Source of the DNA: Bilabrum cf. latius
Taxonomy: Eukaryota
Direction: 5' to 3'
Length of the DNA: 64,000 nt
Assembly (NCBI GenBank): GCA_965178125.1
Contig: OZ237753.1
Coordinates: forward strand, 806,001 to 870,000
The translations under genes and the position numbers were made by a program. The notes below the pieces were generated by a model. That model had not been told where the DNA came from, did no database searches, and worked only from the letters and a program-made list of their open reading frames with translations. Position 1 is the stretch's first letter; each line of letters begins with the position of its first letter. Positions 23,474-36,316 of this stretch are shown here, piece by piece.

Positions 23474-26038
23474 ATGCAGAGTATTGAATTTTTGATTGCT
23501 TACTAGCAACAGCTCCGCGAGTCCGGGGATGTAGCGGCTATTGATGCAATAGTGGTGGAGGCGAGCCAGCTGGCCGATTCAGTAGCCCGCGTTTTTGAAA
23601 CGAGTATTGCCCAACAGTGGGACACTGGAGCGCTTGATGATCTCTATGTGCGTGTTTCTCAGTGGAGTCGTCGTGGCGATGCCTACGCGGGCCACGCAAA
23701 GCAGGCGGCTGAGAGCGAAGGAGGCATAGACACAGCCCCAGGCCTCGCAATTGCGGCAGCAGTGTCACTCTAGGTCTCTGATCGATTGTCAACGTTGGTG
23801 AATGATTTCTTACGGCGTAATCCACGCGATTTGTGGAGGATGGTTCACCCAGTCTCCGATGCCATGGGCCGCTTAGCACGCGTTGCGGCATCGTGCTGGA
23901 CCAATAAGGAGATGCATTCCCACAGTGCAATACTAGCCGAACATGCCTAGTCAAAAGGCATATCATGTTTTGTGTTGAAAGACTGGGGTTGGCTTCTTTG
24001 CACTAGCCGCCCCCGCACCTCCAAGCTATCGATTTCGGACTGCCTGAGCACTTGCTGCTTTCGACTGGTAGATGCAGCCCACGGGCTGCGGCGCAAGCGG
24101 GACGAGCACGCAGAGCCTGACGATACTGAAGCATAGCTAGCCATCCAGCATAGCGCAGCCTGCATGGCCCGTGCCGTGGTGCTGTGGAGTATCGCAGCCT
24201 CCCACGGATTCCATCCCTCCCGAGGAGTGCCTTGGCAGGACTTGCTTCCGAATGCATCCACACAGCGCGATGCGCATGGACGCACAAAGCAAGCAAGGTA
24301 CACGAGTGCATTTGTCAGAGCTTTGGCCCCGCTGCGGACCGTGCAGCGGGTACTACTGCTCGCTGAATCTCTGTTTCGGGAGCAGCTGCTCGTGGGCGAG
24401 CATGCGGCCCACGCAGGCCGGTTGCAACCTCAGGCATGGGCTGTGGCCCAAGGTGGTCTGCTATGGTTGCGGAGGATCATACGAGGGGGGGATGGCGCGG
24501 GCGGGAGCGGTTCCGCTGGCAGTGCTGGTCTGCTGTAGGTGGACTGGGACAACCTGCCGGGGGCTGTGGCGGAGCAAGTGAAGGGGCTGTGCGAGGAGGA
24601 TGAGGACGAGGACGAGGAGCGTATAGATCGAGATGGTGAAGCTCAAAGTAGGGCAGGTGCTTCTGCGGCGATGTCGCGCATATCCCTGCCACTCGATCTA
24701 GCTGCCGAGGCGGGTCCCAGCAGTAGTGCTAGTTTGGGTGTACCGGCGGTGCCTGGTGCATCAGGGACTGCCCAGCGAACTACATCAGCAGAATAGCCAT
24801 CTGCTAGACCAAGCAAGGCAATGGCCGACGATGGTGGAGAGGTGGTGGATGCTGGTGACGATGACGATGCTACAGACTACGGGTCAGGCATGGAGGACGG
24901 GGAGAAAGTGGAGAATGCTGCCATGCCCAGCCCGCACGAGCCAGCCTAGTCTATGGCTCCGTCGTCTGCTCCATCGGAAGGAATCGGCGCGGCCTAGGTC
25001 GACTCGGGTGCAGCTCCGGGGCGTGGCGGGCCGCAGGCAGGGGACGAGGAGGCGGCGCTCGGCACCAAACGAACCCGCAGCAGCACCCGACCCACTGCTG
25101 CCATGCAGGCAGAATCTATCGCGATGAGCCTCGGGCTGTCCCAGGCCGAGCTGCAGGGGGCCAGGGAACAATCCATGGCCATGCGGGAGGCCATGCGGGA
25201 GGGTGAGTTGGAGGGTGAGTTGGATGATCTGAAGGACGAAGGCAGCTACGGCGATGGTGAAGATCTCGATGGGTCTGGTGATGGCATCAGCAAGGGCGGT
25301 GACGGCTCCATGGCTGGTGGAACGGGTGGAAGAACAGCGACGGGCGATCAGTCTGAGGCACAATGGCAGCACGCTAGTAGGGGTGTGCCTGTGCTGGGCG
25401 CGGTGCTGTGGCGGTGCTGTTGTTGGCTGCTCGCTGATGCTGAGCGGGTGCTGGCAGTTGAGCCTGCCGACGGGTCCGAAACCACCCATGGATCACGTGA
25501 GGGTGAGAGTGAGGGCGAGGGCCAGCAACCCATGGTGGAAGAGAAGTAGGGTGGTCGAGTGGCTGCAAGCAGCGGCGCTGGTGATGACAGCAGCAGCAGT
25601 AATAGCAGTAGCAGTAAGGTGAATGATGCATAGGCAGCATCAGGCAAAAGCCGCCGCAGTGCGATGCAGCGAGGAGCGCTGTTCCTTGCGGTCTCCGTGG
25701 GTGCCTCTTTGTTGCGGTTTGCCATGCAAAGCGACGCCAAAGTGAAGAAGCGGGTGCCCTCTAGCCGCAGGATATCTATGTCAGCACATGCGGCTGGAAC
25801 TGGGACTGGCGCTGCCGCAGGCGAGGCAGGTTCCAGCCATGCAGCAGTAGAACGGCTTTGGTGGAGCATGGCAGTTCCGAGGTGGGCAATGTGTGTGGGG
25901 CCCGTGCCTCCACGGCCCGTTTGGCGTTCGGCTCATGGGCGTGATGCCGGGCAACCGACTGATCAGCAGAGGGACAGGGGTGCCGAACTGGTGGCTGAGC
26001 TGCGGGCTGCGATGGAGGCATGGGTGCGTGAGCACTGA
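23474..26038 (+). CDS. Hypothetical protein (~854 aa; 10 in-frame TAG)
   Basis: Single frame from ATG 23474 (MQSIEFLIAY[Q]QQLRES) to TGA 26036-38. Interrupted only by TAG at 23504, 23771, 23948, 24134, 24536, 24794, 24947, 24995, 25547, 25631. Confidence 0.72.
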
Positions 26039-26213
26039 TCCAGTGGATGGCATGACGATGAAAGATCCTGGATACAGACGAGACTTGGGTATTTTTCCTG
26101 TAGCAACATCCCCGATAGACACACAGTCTTGTCAGTCTCGTGCCCAGCTATCTAGGCGGACGACCTTGCCGACAACCAATGCAGAATGGAGTGGTAGGCG
26201 CGACCCAGGCTGG

Positions 26214-28019
26214 TCACTCGTTGACCTACGCCCGAGGAACGAGGGCGTCGCTGCGATCCCCGGTGCACGGCGGTGGACAAAGCCCATATGCCACACAGTA
26301 CGCGTCGGCTAGCAGCATGGACGCGAGCGTGTCCAGCGCCCATGTCACGAGCCCGACCGTCACGTCGCCCGCCTCAAAGACCGACCCGACGATGTCGCAC
26401 ACCCACATCGCCGGTGGAATTGCCTGGCACATCTCCATCAGCCGCAGCGCCACTTCAGCTGCTTCGACCTCGCCCGCGTACAGCTTCGCCTTGATGCTCT
26501 CGAACTTGTCCAGCAGCGCCAGTGCACCCCTGCACGTGTCGCACCAGCCGTAGCTGGCCCTCAGCACGAGGTCGCCTGGAGGTGGCGGAATGCCCAGCAG
26601 CGTTGCATTATCACAAGGCATGCTGCATCCTCCCGACGGAGACCTGCACAGGTACGGCAGGCAATCGGCGCAGTGGGGGGCGGCGGCACCTGGGTCAGCG
26701 CACCGGTAGCACTGGGTAGACGGGAACGTGCTGCCGTTCACGGATCCGCCGCAAGAGAAGCACTGGGGTGGACAGAGCTGGTCGCACTGCGGGAAGTTGG
26801 TAAAGCCGGGGGCACACGTAGTCATGCATTGTGTCCTGTTTGTTGGGTGGCAATCCCCGCAGTTGGGCGCGCACCTCTCCGTGCAGCCAGACGCGGTGTT
26901 GGTGTACCCCGGCTTGCAGAGGGTGCAGTTCCCCGGGGTGACGACGGGGGTAGTTCGCGGAGTGTCCCGTGTGTCACTTGCCGCAGCGTCTATCTGAATC
27001 TCGAAGTGGCTGGATTTCCCCACTTGGTTCTGTGCCTGGGCTGACCCAGCCAAGCACCTGCAGTTGCCCTGGCATCCCTCTGGGGGACAGGCCGGCTCGC
27101 CCGCCACTGCCGCCTGGCAGATGCCCTGGGGCCCGCACCAGGTGAAATTTTGCAGAGTGCAGTCTTCACACGACGAAACGTCCTGAAACAAGATCGGGTT
27201 GATGCAGCCGCAGTCTGCCGAGAGCACCCCGAGGTCCAGACTGCCAGGGCAAGTTGTTCCATTGACCGGGCGGCCCACGTCCGGGGAGTAGAAGCACTTG
27301 CCCGTAGATGGGCACCATGCATTACCGCCGCAGTTGCTTGTGCACGAGTCGCAAGTTGTTAAGTCCTCGAAGGGATTCGTGCAATCGCACTACCCGTGAT
27401 CCGTGGTCCATGCGCCCTTGGTTCCAAGCTCTGGACAGCTAGTGTTGTACGGTTGCGATGCGTTGCCAGCAAAGCACTGGTTCTTAGATGGGCACCATCC
27501 GTTGGAGTTGCAGTTGTTGGTACAGCTATCACACGTTGTAAAGCTCTCAGTTGGCTTCAAACAGCCGCAGTCTGAGCTCGACGTCGTCCAGACTCCCTCA
27601 GTTCCACTTGCTGGGCAAGATCCGTTGAACGGCGCTCCATTTGGCCCGTAGTAGCACTTTTTCTCGCTGGGACACCATCCCAATCCGTCACAGCTGCCAC
27701 CTATGCAAGAGCTGCATGTATCGAAGCTGGTCGCTGGGTTTATGCAGTCGCAGCTTCCGTCTGATGAGGTCACTGGCGGCCCGTGGTTCTGGTCCGTCTC
27801 GCAGTACGCTGTATTGTCTTGACACTTGCCAAGCGATGGACACCACTGGCAGTTGCCACCGCCTTGCTACGTGCATGAAGAGCAGCTCGAGAGCCCACCG
27901 CACTCGTCGTCCGGTTTGGACGCCCGGAGATTGATCTAGTTCGTGTTTGCCTACCAGTGGTCCGTTTGAGCAACTGTACAGCATACAGTCGATGCAAGCA
28001 AAGCAAGCATCCGATACAT
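26214..28019 (-). CDS. Secreted Cys-rich protein: PSI-like repeats, EGF/furin-like repeats and a C-terminal saposin-B-like domain (~601 aa; 5 in-frame TAG)
   Basis: Signal peptide MYRMLALLASTVCCTVA at 28019; five CxxC...WC...C repeats; CTLCKPGY and CAPGF-type repeats; C-terminal CDTC...MCQAIP...C...YCVAYGLC. TAG 27951, 27936, 27867, 27390, 26226; TGA 26214-16. Confidence 0.8.
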
Positions 28020-28164
28020 TGTGAACGAATGGATTTGCGAAATATAGCAGGTCGCAGGACAAGCACAGTCGCAGCCGTTCTCTGGTTCCGCCGGCGCCGC
28101 AACATCACCCCGCGTTGTGGCGCCGGCGACAGTGCACTATCCTATGCGCCCAAGGTTTGCGCCA

Positions 28165-29039
28165 TCAGTGCCATGCCTGCCTCTTCTTGGAGCCCTGCCT
28201 CCGGCCAGCAAAACCCCCCTCTGCAGCAGACAGCGCTTGCTCGTGCACCGCGCTCCTATGCCGATACTCGCGCAAAAGGTGGTCCTGGCTGTACGGCGAC
28301 ACGTAATCCCGTGCCACGTCCATGCCTCCCGATCCCACAGACCCGCCGCTGACCCGAGACGAAGACACGCCGCTGCCAAGCCCTCCTGCATCAGCCGGCC
28401 GGACACCCCTGCCTCGTCCCCTGCGCCGGGACACTGCCCCCCCACGGTGGGGGCCTCTGGACCGTGACCCGTCTTCCTCGCGACCCCGCCCCCTCCCGCG
28501 CTGCTAGCTCCTAGGCCCCCCGAAATCCAGCCCCATGGGCAGCATGCCATACCGGGCCATCAGCCGCAGCGCATCTGCGTGCGAGGCCCCAGCCGCGGCG
28601 GCCTCGTCCAGGCTACGGGCCACTGCCTCCTGCCACGAGGCGCGCGCTGCGTCCTCTCCGCCAGCTGCGGCATCCGCTGGCCGACTGACTTGCCGGTCCC
28701 CTTCACCGCCAAGGCCGTCCAGGCCTTCGATCGGGCTCAGCGAACGTTCGTCCCAGCTCGCCTCGGACCCGTCCGTTCTTCTCTCATCCCTCCCCTTCCC
28801 ACTGCCCTTGACCCTGTTTGTTTTCCTCTTCTTCTTGTTTGCTCCCAAAGTGCCCGCGCCCGCCGCCCCCTGGTTGACCCCCCGGTGCCCGAGCCTTCGC
28901 CTGGCCTCCCTCAGCGGGTCTCGCAGCGGGCTTGGCTCCACACCGCCCGGGTCAGCCCCAGCACGCGCGATGGCGGCGGCGGCGTCCTGCCGCGCCCGAC
29001 CCCGACCTAGGAACTCCGGTGCCGGCCTGGCCATGCCAT

Positions 29040-29073
<34 letters not shown>

Positions 29074-30948
29074 TCTCGACCCCACAGAGCCTTGATACGA
29101 CCCTGGCCCTGGCTTGTCGATGACGGCCCCAGGTGTCCCTGTGGCTGTGCGGCTAGGGGCGCGGCCGTAGCTGCCCCCAAGCCCCGCCCCCGCGCCAGCT
29201 GCTGCACCACCATCGACAACCTCCTCGCCCCCGCCCTCGAAATCGTCATCGTCGGACTCCGAGTCGTCGTCCTCGCTGGCGTCAGCCGCGCTTGACGCCG
29301 CGTTCAGTTGCCGCGCGTGCTGCAGCAGCCGAGCCAGCTGCTGGTTCCCACCCGCCTAGCTGTCTCTGACCCCCTTGTTGCCCATGCCTTCATTCTCACC
29401 GGCCCCAGCCGCTCCCGATGCCTGCACCTCCCGCAGGAGCCCACCAGCCATCGCGGAATTGATCCTATCGTGCTGAGTGGCCATGACTACTCCCCGTGGT
29501 GGCTTAACTTCATGCAGCCCGCCCCTGGCCCCCTCCTTTGATGTTCCCTCGGAGCTATCGGGAAACGGCTGGCCGTAGTCTCCCATAGACGCAGCCGACT
29601 CGATGCTCCTCCGCACCTCGCCTCCCCGCCCGTCCCTGTCCTCGTAGCTCGCGCCTTCACCCCCTTCACCACCCGCACCCGCACCTGCCCCGCCAGCGGC
29701 CGTCCTGCTCCTCTGCTGAGCGGCCAGCTCCCAGGGCAGCGGCGGGGAGGACGAGGACGGCAGCGCCCCTGCTTCCTGGGAGCGCCGCACCGCACTTGAG
29801 GCCGGCCTGTCCTCCCCGTGGTCCTCGGCAGGAGGGCCCGAGCCTGCGATAGGGGAGGCGTCGAGGACACCCGCACCGCCGCGGGACGCTGCCTCTCTTA
29901 GCATGCGCTGCGCGGCAGGGGACACAATGGAGCCGCGGCCCACGGGAGCGGGCTGCACGGGCACGCTGCGCCGAGTAGGGGGCTGCTGCAGGCCAGTCCT
30001 ACGGCCGCGGTGCCCCGGCGGCGGGGGCTGCATGGCCAGCGGGGATGTCGCGACTGCGAAAGGCAGAGCTGTGATGCCCACCCTCTGCACTCCTCGGAGC
30101 GTGGAGGCACCCGCAATGAGAGGATCTTCGTCACCGTCGTACAGTACACCCGCAACACCGCCGGCACCCCTTGCGATGCCAGCGGCGGGCAGAGGTACAG
30201 ATCCCCGAGCCTCATCTTCATCCTCCCCATCGCCCTCGTCCTCTTCCTGCATGCGTCGCTCGGCTGCCTTCCTCCGTGCCCACCTGCGGGTCCTGTCAGC
30301 TGCCTTGGAGGATTGGCGAGCGCCTTTCGCATTCGGGTCGGCTGGCACGCCGCTTTGCATTGCTCCGTCATGGCTTCCTGCCATCCGCTGCTGCTGCTGC
30401 TGCTGCTTGCGCCGGACTGTCTCCAAGTGCCTCTCTCTTGCTCGCTTGTGCATGCGCCGCTGCTGCTCATCCCTTAGCCCCTCTTGCTGGGCCACCTGCC
30501 TCCACCGATCCAGAGGCATCCCGTTCGTTGCTGCCGCCACGAGTTCCTTGACCTCCACCAGCACCGCACGGCAGGGACCCCGGCCGTACATGGCGTCCGT
30601 GGCGGGCGTGCCTGCCATGCGCACCAGAAGGCCCCTCAGGCCCGCCTTGAACTCCAGCGCGTACCGAGCCACCGCCTCGTCCGACACGTCCTCGTCCTTC
30701 CGACCGCTCTCCACGGGCACTGGCACCAGCCCCTGCCCCATCTCCAGTAGAGTGCCCACCCCCTGCGCCAGCATCACCATCGTGGCCTGTTCCAGTACCT
30801 GCCCAAGCCCGCGCCGGGCCTCCCTTCGCAGCGTTCTCTGGACGTGCTGCAGCGCCGCGTCGCACCGGGGGTTTCCCGTCAGTGCGAACTCGAAGGGAAC
30901 CGTGTGTTTGGCTTCCGGGCTCTCCGCCCTGGCGTACGACTCTTGCTC

Positions 30949-31001
<53 letters not shown>

Positions 31002-33169
31002 AGGCCGGCGGAGGGCTGGTTCGATTCTAGATCTGCGCTCCCGCCATTGGACTCGAGACCGGGCCACCTGCGCTATTTCCGGGGCTGGAGCGCAAGCCCT
31101 CGATCCTCCTGGCCGCTCTCTGGGCGCTGTCCGCGGCTCGGTTCACGCGGCGGATGGCAGCAGACCGCGAGAGCAGGCTCCTGTCATGCTGCTGCTGCTG
31201 CTGCTGCTGCTCGCCTGGTGGTGAGTCCTCGTCGGGCCCGTTGTTCTCCCACCCAGAGAGCAGATCGCCGTCGCCCGGCTCCGTCCTGTAACCCCCCTCT
31301 GCCCCGGCACCGCCATCGACCTCCGCGTCGAGTTCGTCCTCGTCGTCCCTGTCGTAGCCCGGCTCCAGCCGGCCGGCATTCCCAAGTCCAGGCCCCCTGG
31401 GGTTCTCCGCGAATGGATCCTCCGGCACGCTCCTCCCACCTGCCCGCTGCACCTCCCGCACGGCCTGGGCAAGCGATTTGTGACCGCTGTGCTCCTCCTC
31501 CTCGTCGGCCTCCCACGGCGTGGGCGTCTCGCCGCCCCGCCAGCCAGCGCCCCCCGAGGAGGACCCGCTCCCGCGGGACCCCGCCCCCGCCCTCAGGCGC
31601 ATGCCCCTGGCTGCATCCTCGCTGTACCCGTGCACCCGCTCCGCCGCTGCCTCTGCCCTAAGCGCCAGGTCGTCCAGCACCTGGCTCCGGGGCGGCCGCC
31701 TCTCCCTCGAGCCGGAGTGGAACGCCACCTCGTCCCCATCCCTGCCTTCGCCCGTCGCTGCGCTCGCATCATCCTCCTCATCCTGTCCGCCATCGTAGTC
31801 CTCCCCCTCCTCGTCCTCAATCTCCTCCGCGGAGTCCTCCTCGCCCGTATTCCCCGCCGCAGCCATGGCCCTGTCGAACGCCTCCCGCGCCTCCACCAGC
31901 GGCCTGCCCTCCCCCTGCTCCGCCTGCTCTTCCTCGTCCGCCCTCTCCAGCTCCATGAGCGCCTGTTCCTCCGTGGCTGCTCGCAGCGCATCTCGCTTGG
32001 AGGCCCCCCGTGAGTCGCCCCGAGTCCCGCCCTCCTCTACGGCTGCTGCTCCAGACTGCTCCTCGAGCGCGCTCGCGTTGATGCCCCGCAGTCCTGCCTC
32101 CGCTTCGGCCCGCCGACTGGCCTCTCGGCCCGCCCACCGCAGTCCCAGGCCCACCAGCCGAGGGAGATCTCCGCTCGCAAGCACAGATTCCGGTAGCCTG
32201 GACAAGGCGTGCAGTGCCGCGACAGCCGCCCGAGCGGCACCGGGCGACCTAGCCAGCAGTCGGCGCAGTGTGCCAACTGCGGGTCCGTCTGCCCCACCGC
32301 TCCCTGGTCGCTGCCCAACCTCGCCGCTACCTTTTCCTTGGTTTGCCTTGGTCTCCCCCGCCTCGCTGCCTCTCGAAGCGTGGAACTGCACCACGCCCAC
32401 ATCCTCGTGCGGCCGCCACCGGAAGCTGCTCCTGTCGTGCTCCCCACTTTCACCATTTTCCACACCGCCAACGCCACCGCCCTGGGGTGCGCTTCTACCC
32501 TCCGGACCACCGCTCCTCGCCCCCGACGCTTGCTCCCTCTCTTGTTCCCCAGGCTCGTCCCTGACGAACGAGTCGCCCTCCTGTCTGCCCCCGAGCACGT
32601 TTACCCCTTGCAGGCCGTTGGCGCGTACTGGCGACACACCTCTCGAGGGACCCACGTTCGCACTGCCGTCCATCATCATGCTAGAGTCCTGCACGAACCC
32701 AGAGGGGCTCGCTGGCAGCAGCGGGACAGCGCCCGCCCCGCTCTCGTCTGGTGTCCGGTCCGCCGAATCGCCCCCACCGCCGTTCGTCTATTGCTGCTGC
32801 TACTCCTGCGGCTGCTACTGACCATCGATTGCGCTCGCATCGGCCGAGTGCACGTAGTCTGCGAACGTGTCGGGGTCGGGGCGCGGCACCCGCCTGCTGG
32901 TTTTGGGCCGCTCCAGGCGCACCGAGCTGGGCGAGGACGACTCTGGAGAGCCGGTGCTGGGCAGCGGGCGTGTTTCCGGATTTCTTGAACTGGCACTTCG
33001 CTGCTGCTGCTGTTGCCTCTGCCGGGTCATGGACTGCTTCTGAGGCGACACGCGGGCCAGCGGGGTGGCAGCACCGTTTGCGCCCAGGGCGGCATCATCC
33101 GAGAGAGGCTGCAGCTCAGGCCGAGCCGTCCCTCTGACAGCACCACCGGCAGTGGGCACAGCCCTCGAG

Positions 33170-33200
<31 letters not shown>

Positions 33201-35661
33201 GCCCCAATTCCGGCTTCGAGTCCTTGAAGTCCCTATCTACCATGTCCTCCAGCGACCCCGCCACACCTGCCCCCAGGTCCCCCAGCAAATGCCTCACCAA
33301 CCCCTTGGCTAGCCTGCCCTTGGTGGCGGGGTCGTCCAGCCGCAGGCCGCCCTGCCCCTCACCGGCGGTGCCATCCCCGGCCTCTTCGTCCTCGGATGCC
33401 ATCTGCACCACGGGTCCAAGCACGCCGATCAGCGCCGCCAGCTTCTCTTGGGCCGCCACGGCGCGCCGCATGGCCGCCTCCCTGCCTTGGTCGCCCCCAG
33501 CACCCCCTTCTTCCGCCTCGACGGCCTCCCCCTCCATGGCCTCTGCTCCGCTGACAGCCTCTTCAAAGGCCTCCTGCAGAGCCGACAGCCTGCGGTTGGC
33601 CTCCTGCAGGGCGAGAAGCTTCTCCTCAGCATCCTATGGGGTGCCCACCGGCAGGGTATCGCCGCCTGCCTGGTCCCGGGGCTCGTCCTCAGGCTCGAAG
33701 TCGTCATCGGAATAGTCATCCGAGCCTTCTCCGCTGCCATCCTCAACGCTACCCTCGTTTTCAATTGCCCCCTCCTCTGACTCTGCGGCTGCTGCCGCCC
33801 CCTGCTGCCTCCCCTCTGCCCTGGCTCTGGCCTCGTCTTCCTGCCTTACCAGCTCCTCCCGCTTGGCCATGAGCTGCCTCAGCCGCTCCTGCTCCTCGTG
33901 CATGATACGCAGCAGAGTGGCCGTGTCCTGCCGCTCTAGGCTTGCCCTAGGCATATCATCGTCCTCGTTCTGTTCACTAGTGGCCGCCAGAGTTTCTTCC
34001 TGGGTCTCTGCCTCAGTGTTATCACCTTGTGACTCCACTGCCAGACTGCTCTGTCCCACTTGGGCTGCCGGCCCCGCACCTGCACCAGCAGAAGCGCCTT
34101 GCTCCCCAACGGACTGCTTCGCGGGTCCCGCACCGCTTGCTCCCGGCAGCAACGCCTTGGCCACTTTCTCGTCCGAGACCGGGAGAGATGGCAACTCGCC
34201 CTCGCTGGCGATCGACTCCCCACCGGCGCCCGCCATACCTTCCTCCACCGCAGGCAAAGCGCCGCCAGCGGCTGCCGCCACAGCACCTGGTTGGCCCACC
34301 CCTGCACCTCCTTCGCCTTCATCATGGCCCTGCTGGCCCTGCTGCATGTCCTCTTGCTCTGCCAGCAGCTGGGTGGCAAGCTCAGAGGCAGTGTTGATAT
34401 CCGCGCCACGCTCCACCGCCATCTCCAGGATCTCGAACCACCGCTGTTCCCTGCGCACTCCATCCAGCTCGCCCTGCAGCGTGCCCAGGGCCTGTCTCCG
34501 CATCTCACCCAGCTGCGTGTACTGCTGCTGCTCGCCCTAGCTGAACAGCTCCGAAATCGTAAGCACTGGGGGCGCGCCGGACCCGTCCTCGTCGCCTCTC
34601 TCACCTGTCTTGGCCTCCTCCTCCCCATCCTCCTCCTCATCGCCCTCCTCCTCCCCATGCTAATCGCCCGATCCACCACGGGCAGCGGCACTCCCCCCGT
34701 CCTCCTCGCCCTTCCCCTCCTCCACACCACCCGCAGCGGACTGCTGCCCCGCGGCCCGGGCCCGCTCCCCAGCGGCCTCCAGCATCCCCTCCATCAGCTG
34801 CTCGCAGTCCCGTCGCGCCGACTCCAGACGGTCCATCCGCTCCACGCGCTCCCTCAACCGCTGTGCCTTGAGCTGTTTCACCGCGGCGATGCGGCTCTGC
34901 CGGGCGCTTGCTGCCTGCAGCGCCCCGTGCTCGCCACTATCATCCTCCTCGCCCTCGCCTGTTCCCTGCTCCTGCTCCTAGTGCTGAGCGGGGGCACTCC
35001 CTCCACGGGCCCCTCGCCCCTGTCCCTGCCCCTGCCCCTGCCCCTGCCCCTGTCTGGCTCTGTTCTCCAGCTCGGCCTGCTTGGCCCTCGTCTCCAGCAG
35101 CTGCCTCTTGAAGTGCAGGAACTGGCGCAGGGTCTCGCGGGTCTCAGGGGGGATACCCAGGCGGTCTGCGTTCTCCAGCATGAAGGTAGCCTCCTCGATG
35201 GAAGGCCCGGTGTCCTCGCCAGTGGCGTCATCAGTGTCATCCATGTCCTCAGGAGGCAGGCTGCCGCCGCGGGTATCGGCGGCGGCACCAGCTCCTGCAG
35301 TTCCTGACGGGAATGCCACACCAACCTGCAGCCCGTCGCTCTATCCCACGGACTGATCGTCGGTTGGCGTTGGCCTCACTGTTGCACCCTGTTCTGTCGG
35401 CCGATCCGGTCCGTCCGTAAGGAGGTCAAGTAGCGTTTCGATCGCTTCGTCCGATAAAGGCTATTCCTGATCATCCGCAGGAGCTGCGCCCGCATCAGCC
35501 TATTGAGAGCTTGATCCAAGCACAGAGGGGTCTTTCAAGAGCTATCGAACCAGGGAGCGGCCGTTGGGACGTTGAGCAAGGGCCGCGATCTCTGGCATCA
35601 TGGCTCGCATCCTAGCCGCCGCAGCGCTCCGATCCCCTGAATCTGTGCCAGTAGAATTCAT
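28165..35661 (-). CDS. Giant acidic, disordered and coiled-coil protein (~2498 aa; 15 in-frame TAG), function unknown
   Basis: One frame from ATG 35661 to TGA 28165-67 that joins eight track ORFs. TAG at 35542, 35500, 35461, 35341, 34978, 34660, 34537, 33634, 32815, 32800, 32788, 31027, 31000, 29356, 28504; no in-frame TAA or TGA. Confidence 0.8.
30949..31005 (-). repeat. (GCACAG)n coding hexamer repeat encoding (AQ)n, first unit GCC-TAG
   Basis: Plus strand (tgcctg)n; minus strand reads GCC TAG GCA CAG GCA CAG... Confidence 0.9.
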
Positions 35662-36316
35662 AGCAAAATAAACTTTCGTCCTGGCTCAATGAGTACCGGA
35701 GATTTTCGGCTCGAGGTGCTTGAGTGATTCGATGCTGCGCTCCTTCTCGGTCGGTGCTACACAGGTGTGCCTCGATGGGGCTTCACAGTACAATCCCACT
35801 CTTGCCTGGAGCGACTTGCTTCGAACACTATCCACTACTAAATAGGCAATGCTTCAGCACGGGGCCCTTGAAACCTTGTAGAGGGTCAAGGCGGTCTGAA
35901 TGAAATCAGTTTTGTTACTACCTTAACTACACGCAACATGGAATGCGACCAAACAGAACAACGGCTGAGTGGAGATGCCCAGAACACCCTTGCTTTGAAT
36001 CGCTATTCATTATATCCTACAAACTATCCATATGCCACGAAATCATTGAAAAAACGTGGGATGGCCGTTTCAGTCCGTACGAATCATTAAATGTATTAAC
36101 GACTCCGAATTACGATGGGCACACGATCATTTCTGCCTCATACGTGCACTAGTGAGCTATAAGTAGTTGGAAATTCGGTGCGTTTCGATCTAATATGAAC
36201 GATCTAAACTGACATCGGGTTCTTGAGGGAAGAGGTACACGCATTGCTAAATCGAAGGCACTTGCATCAAGTGCAACCGCGTACTACGTCCTGCAATTGC
36301 TCCATCATCCGCGAAA

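Noticed and set aside
35662-36316. Search for a suppressor tRNA-Gln(CUA) or other ncRNA in the larger intergenic gaps (also 9158-9601, 38340-39118, 54846-55383)
   Set aside because: No cloverleaf or A/B-box pattern recognised by eye; tRNAscan-SE or Infernal would be needed to exclude one.
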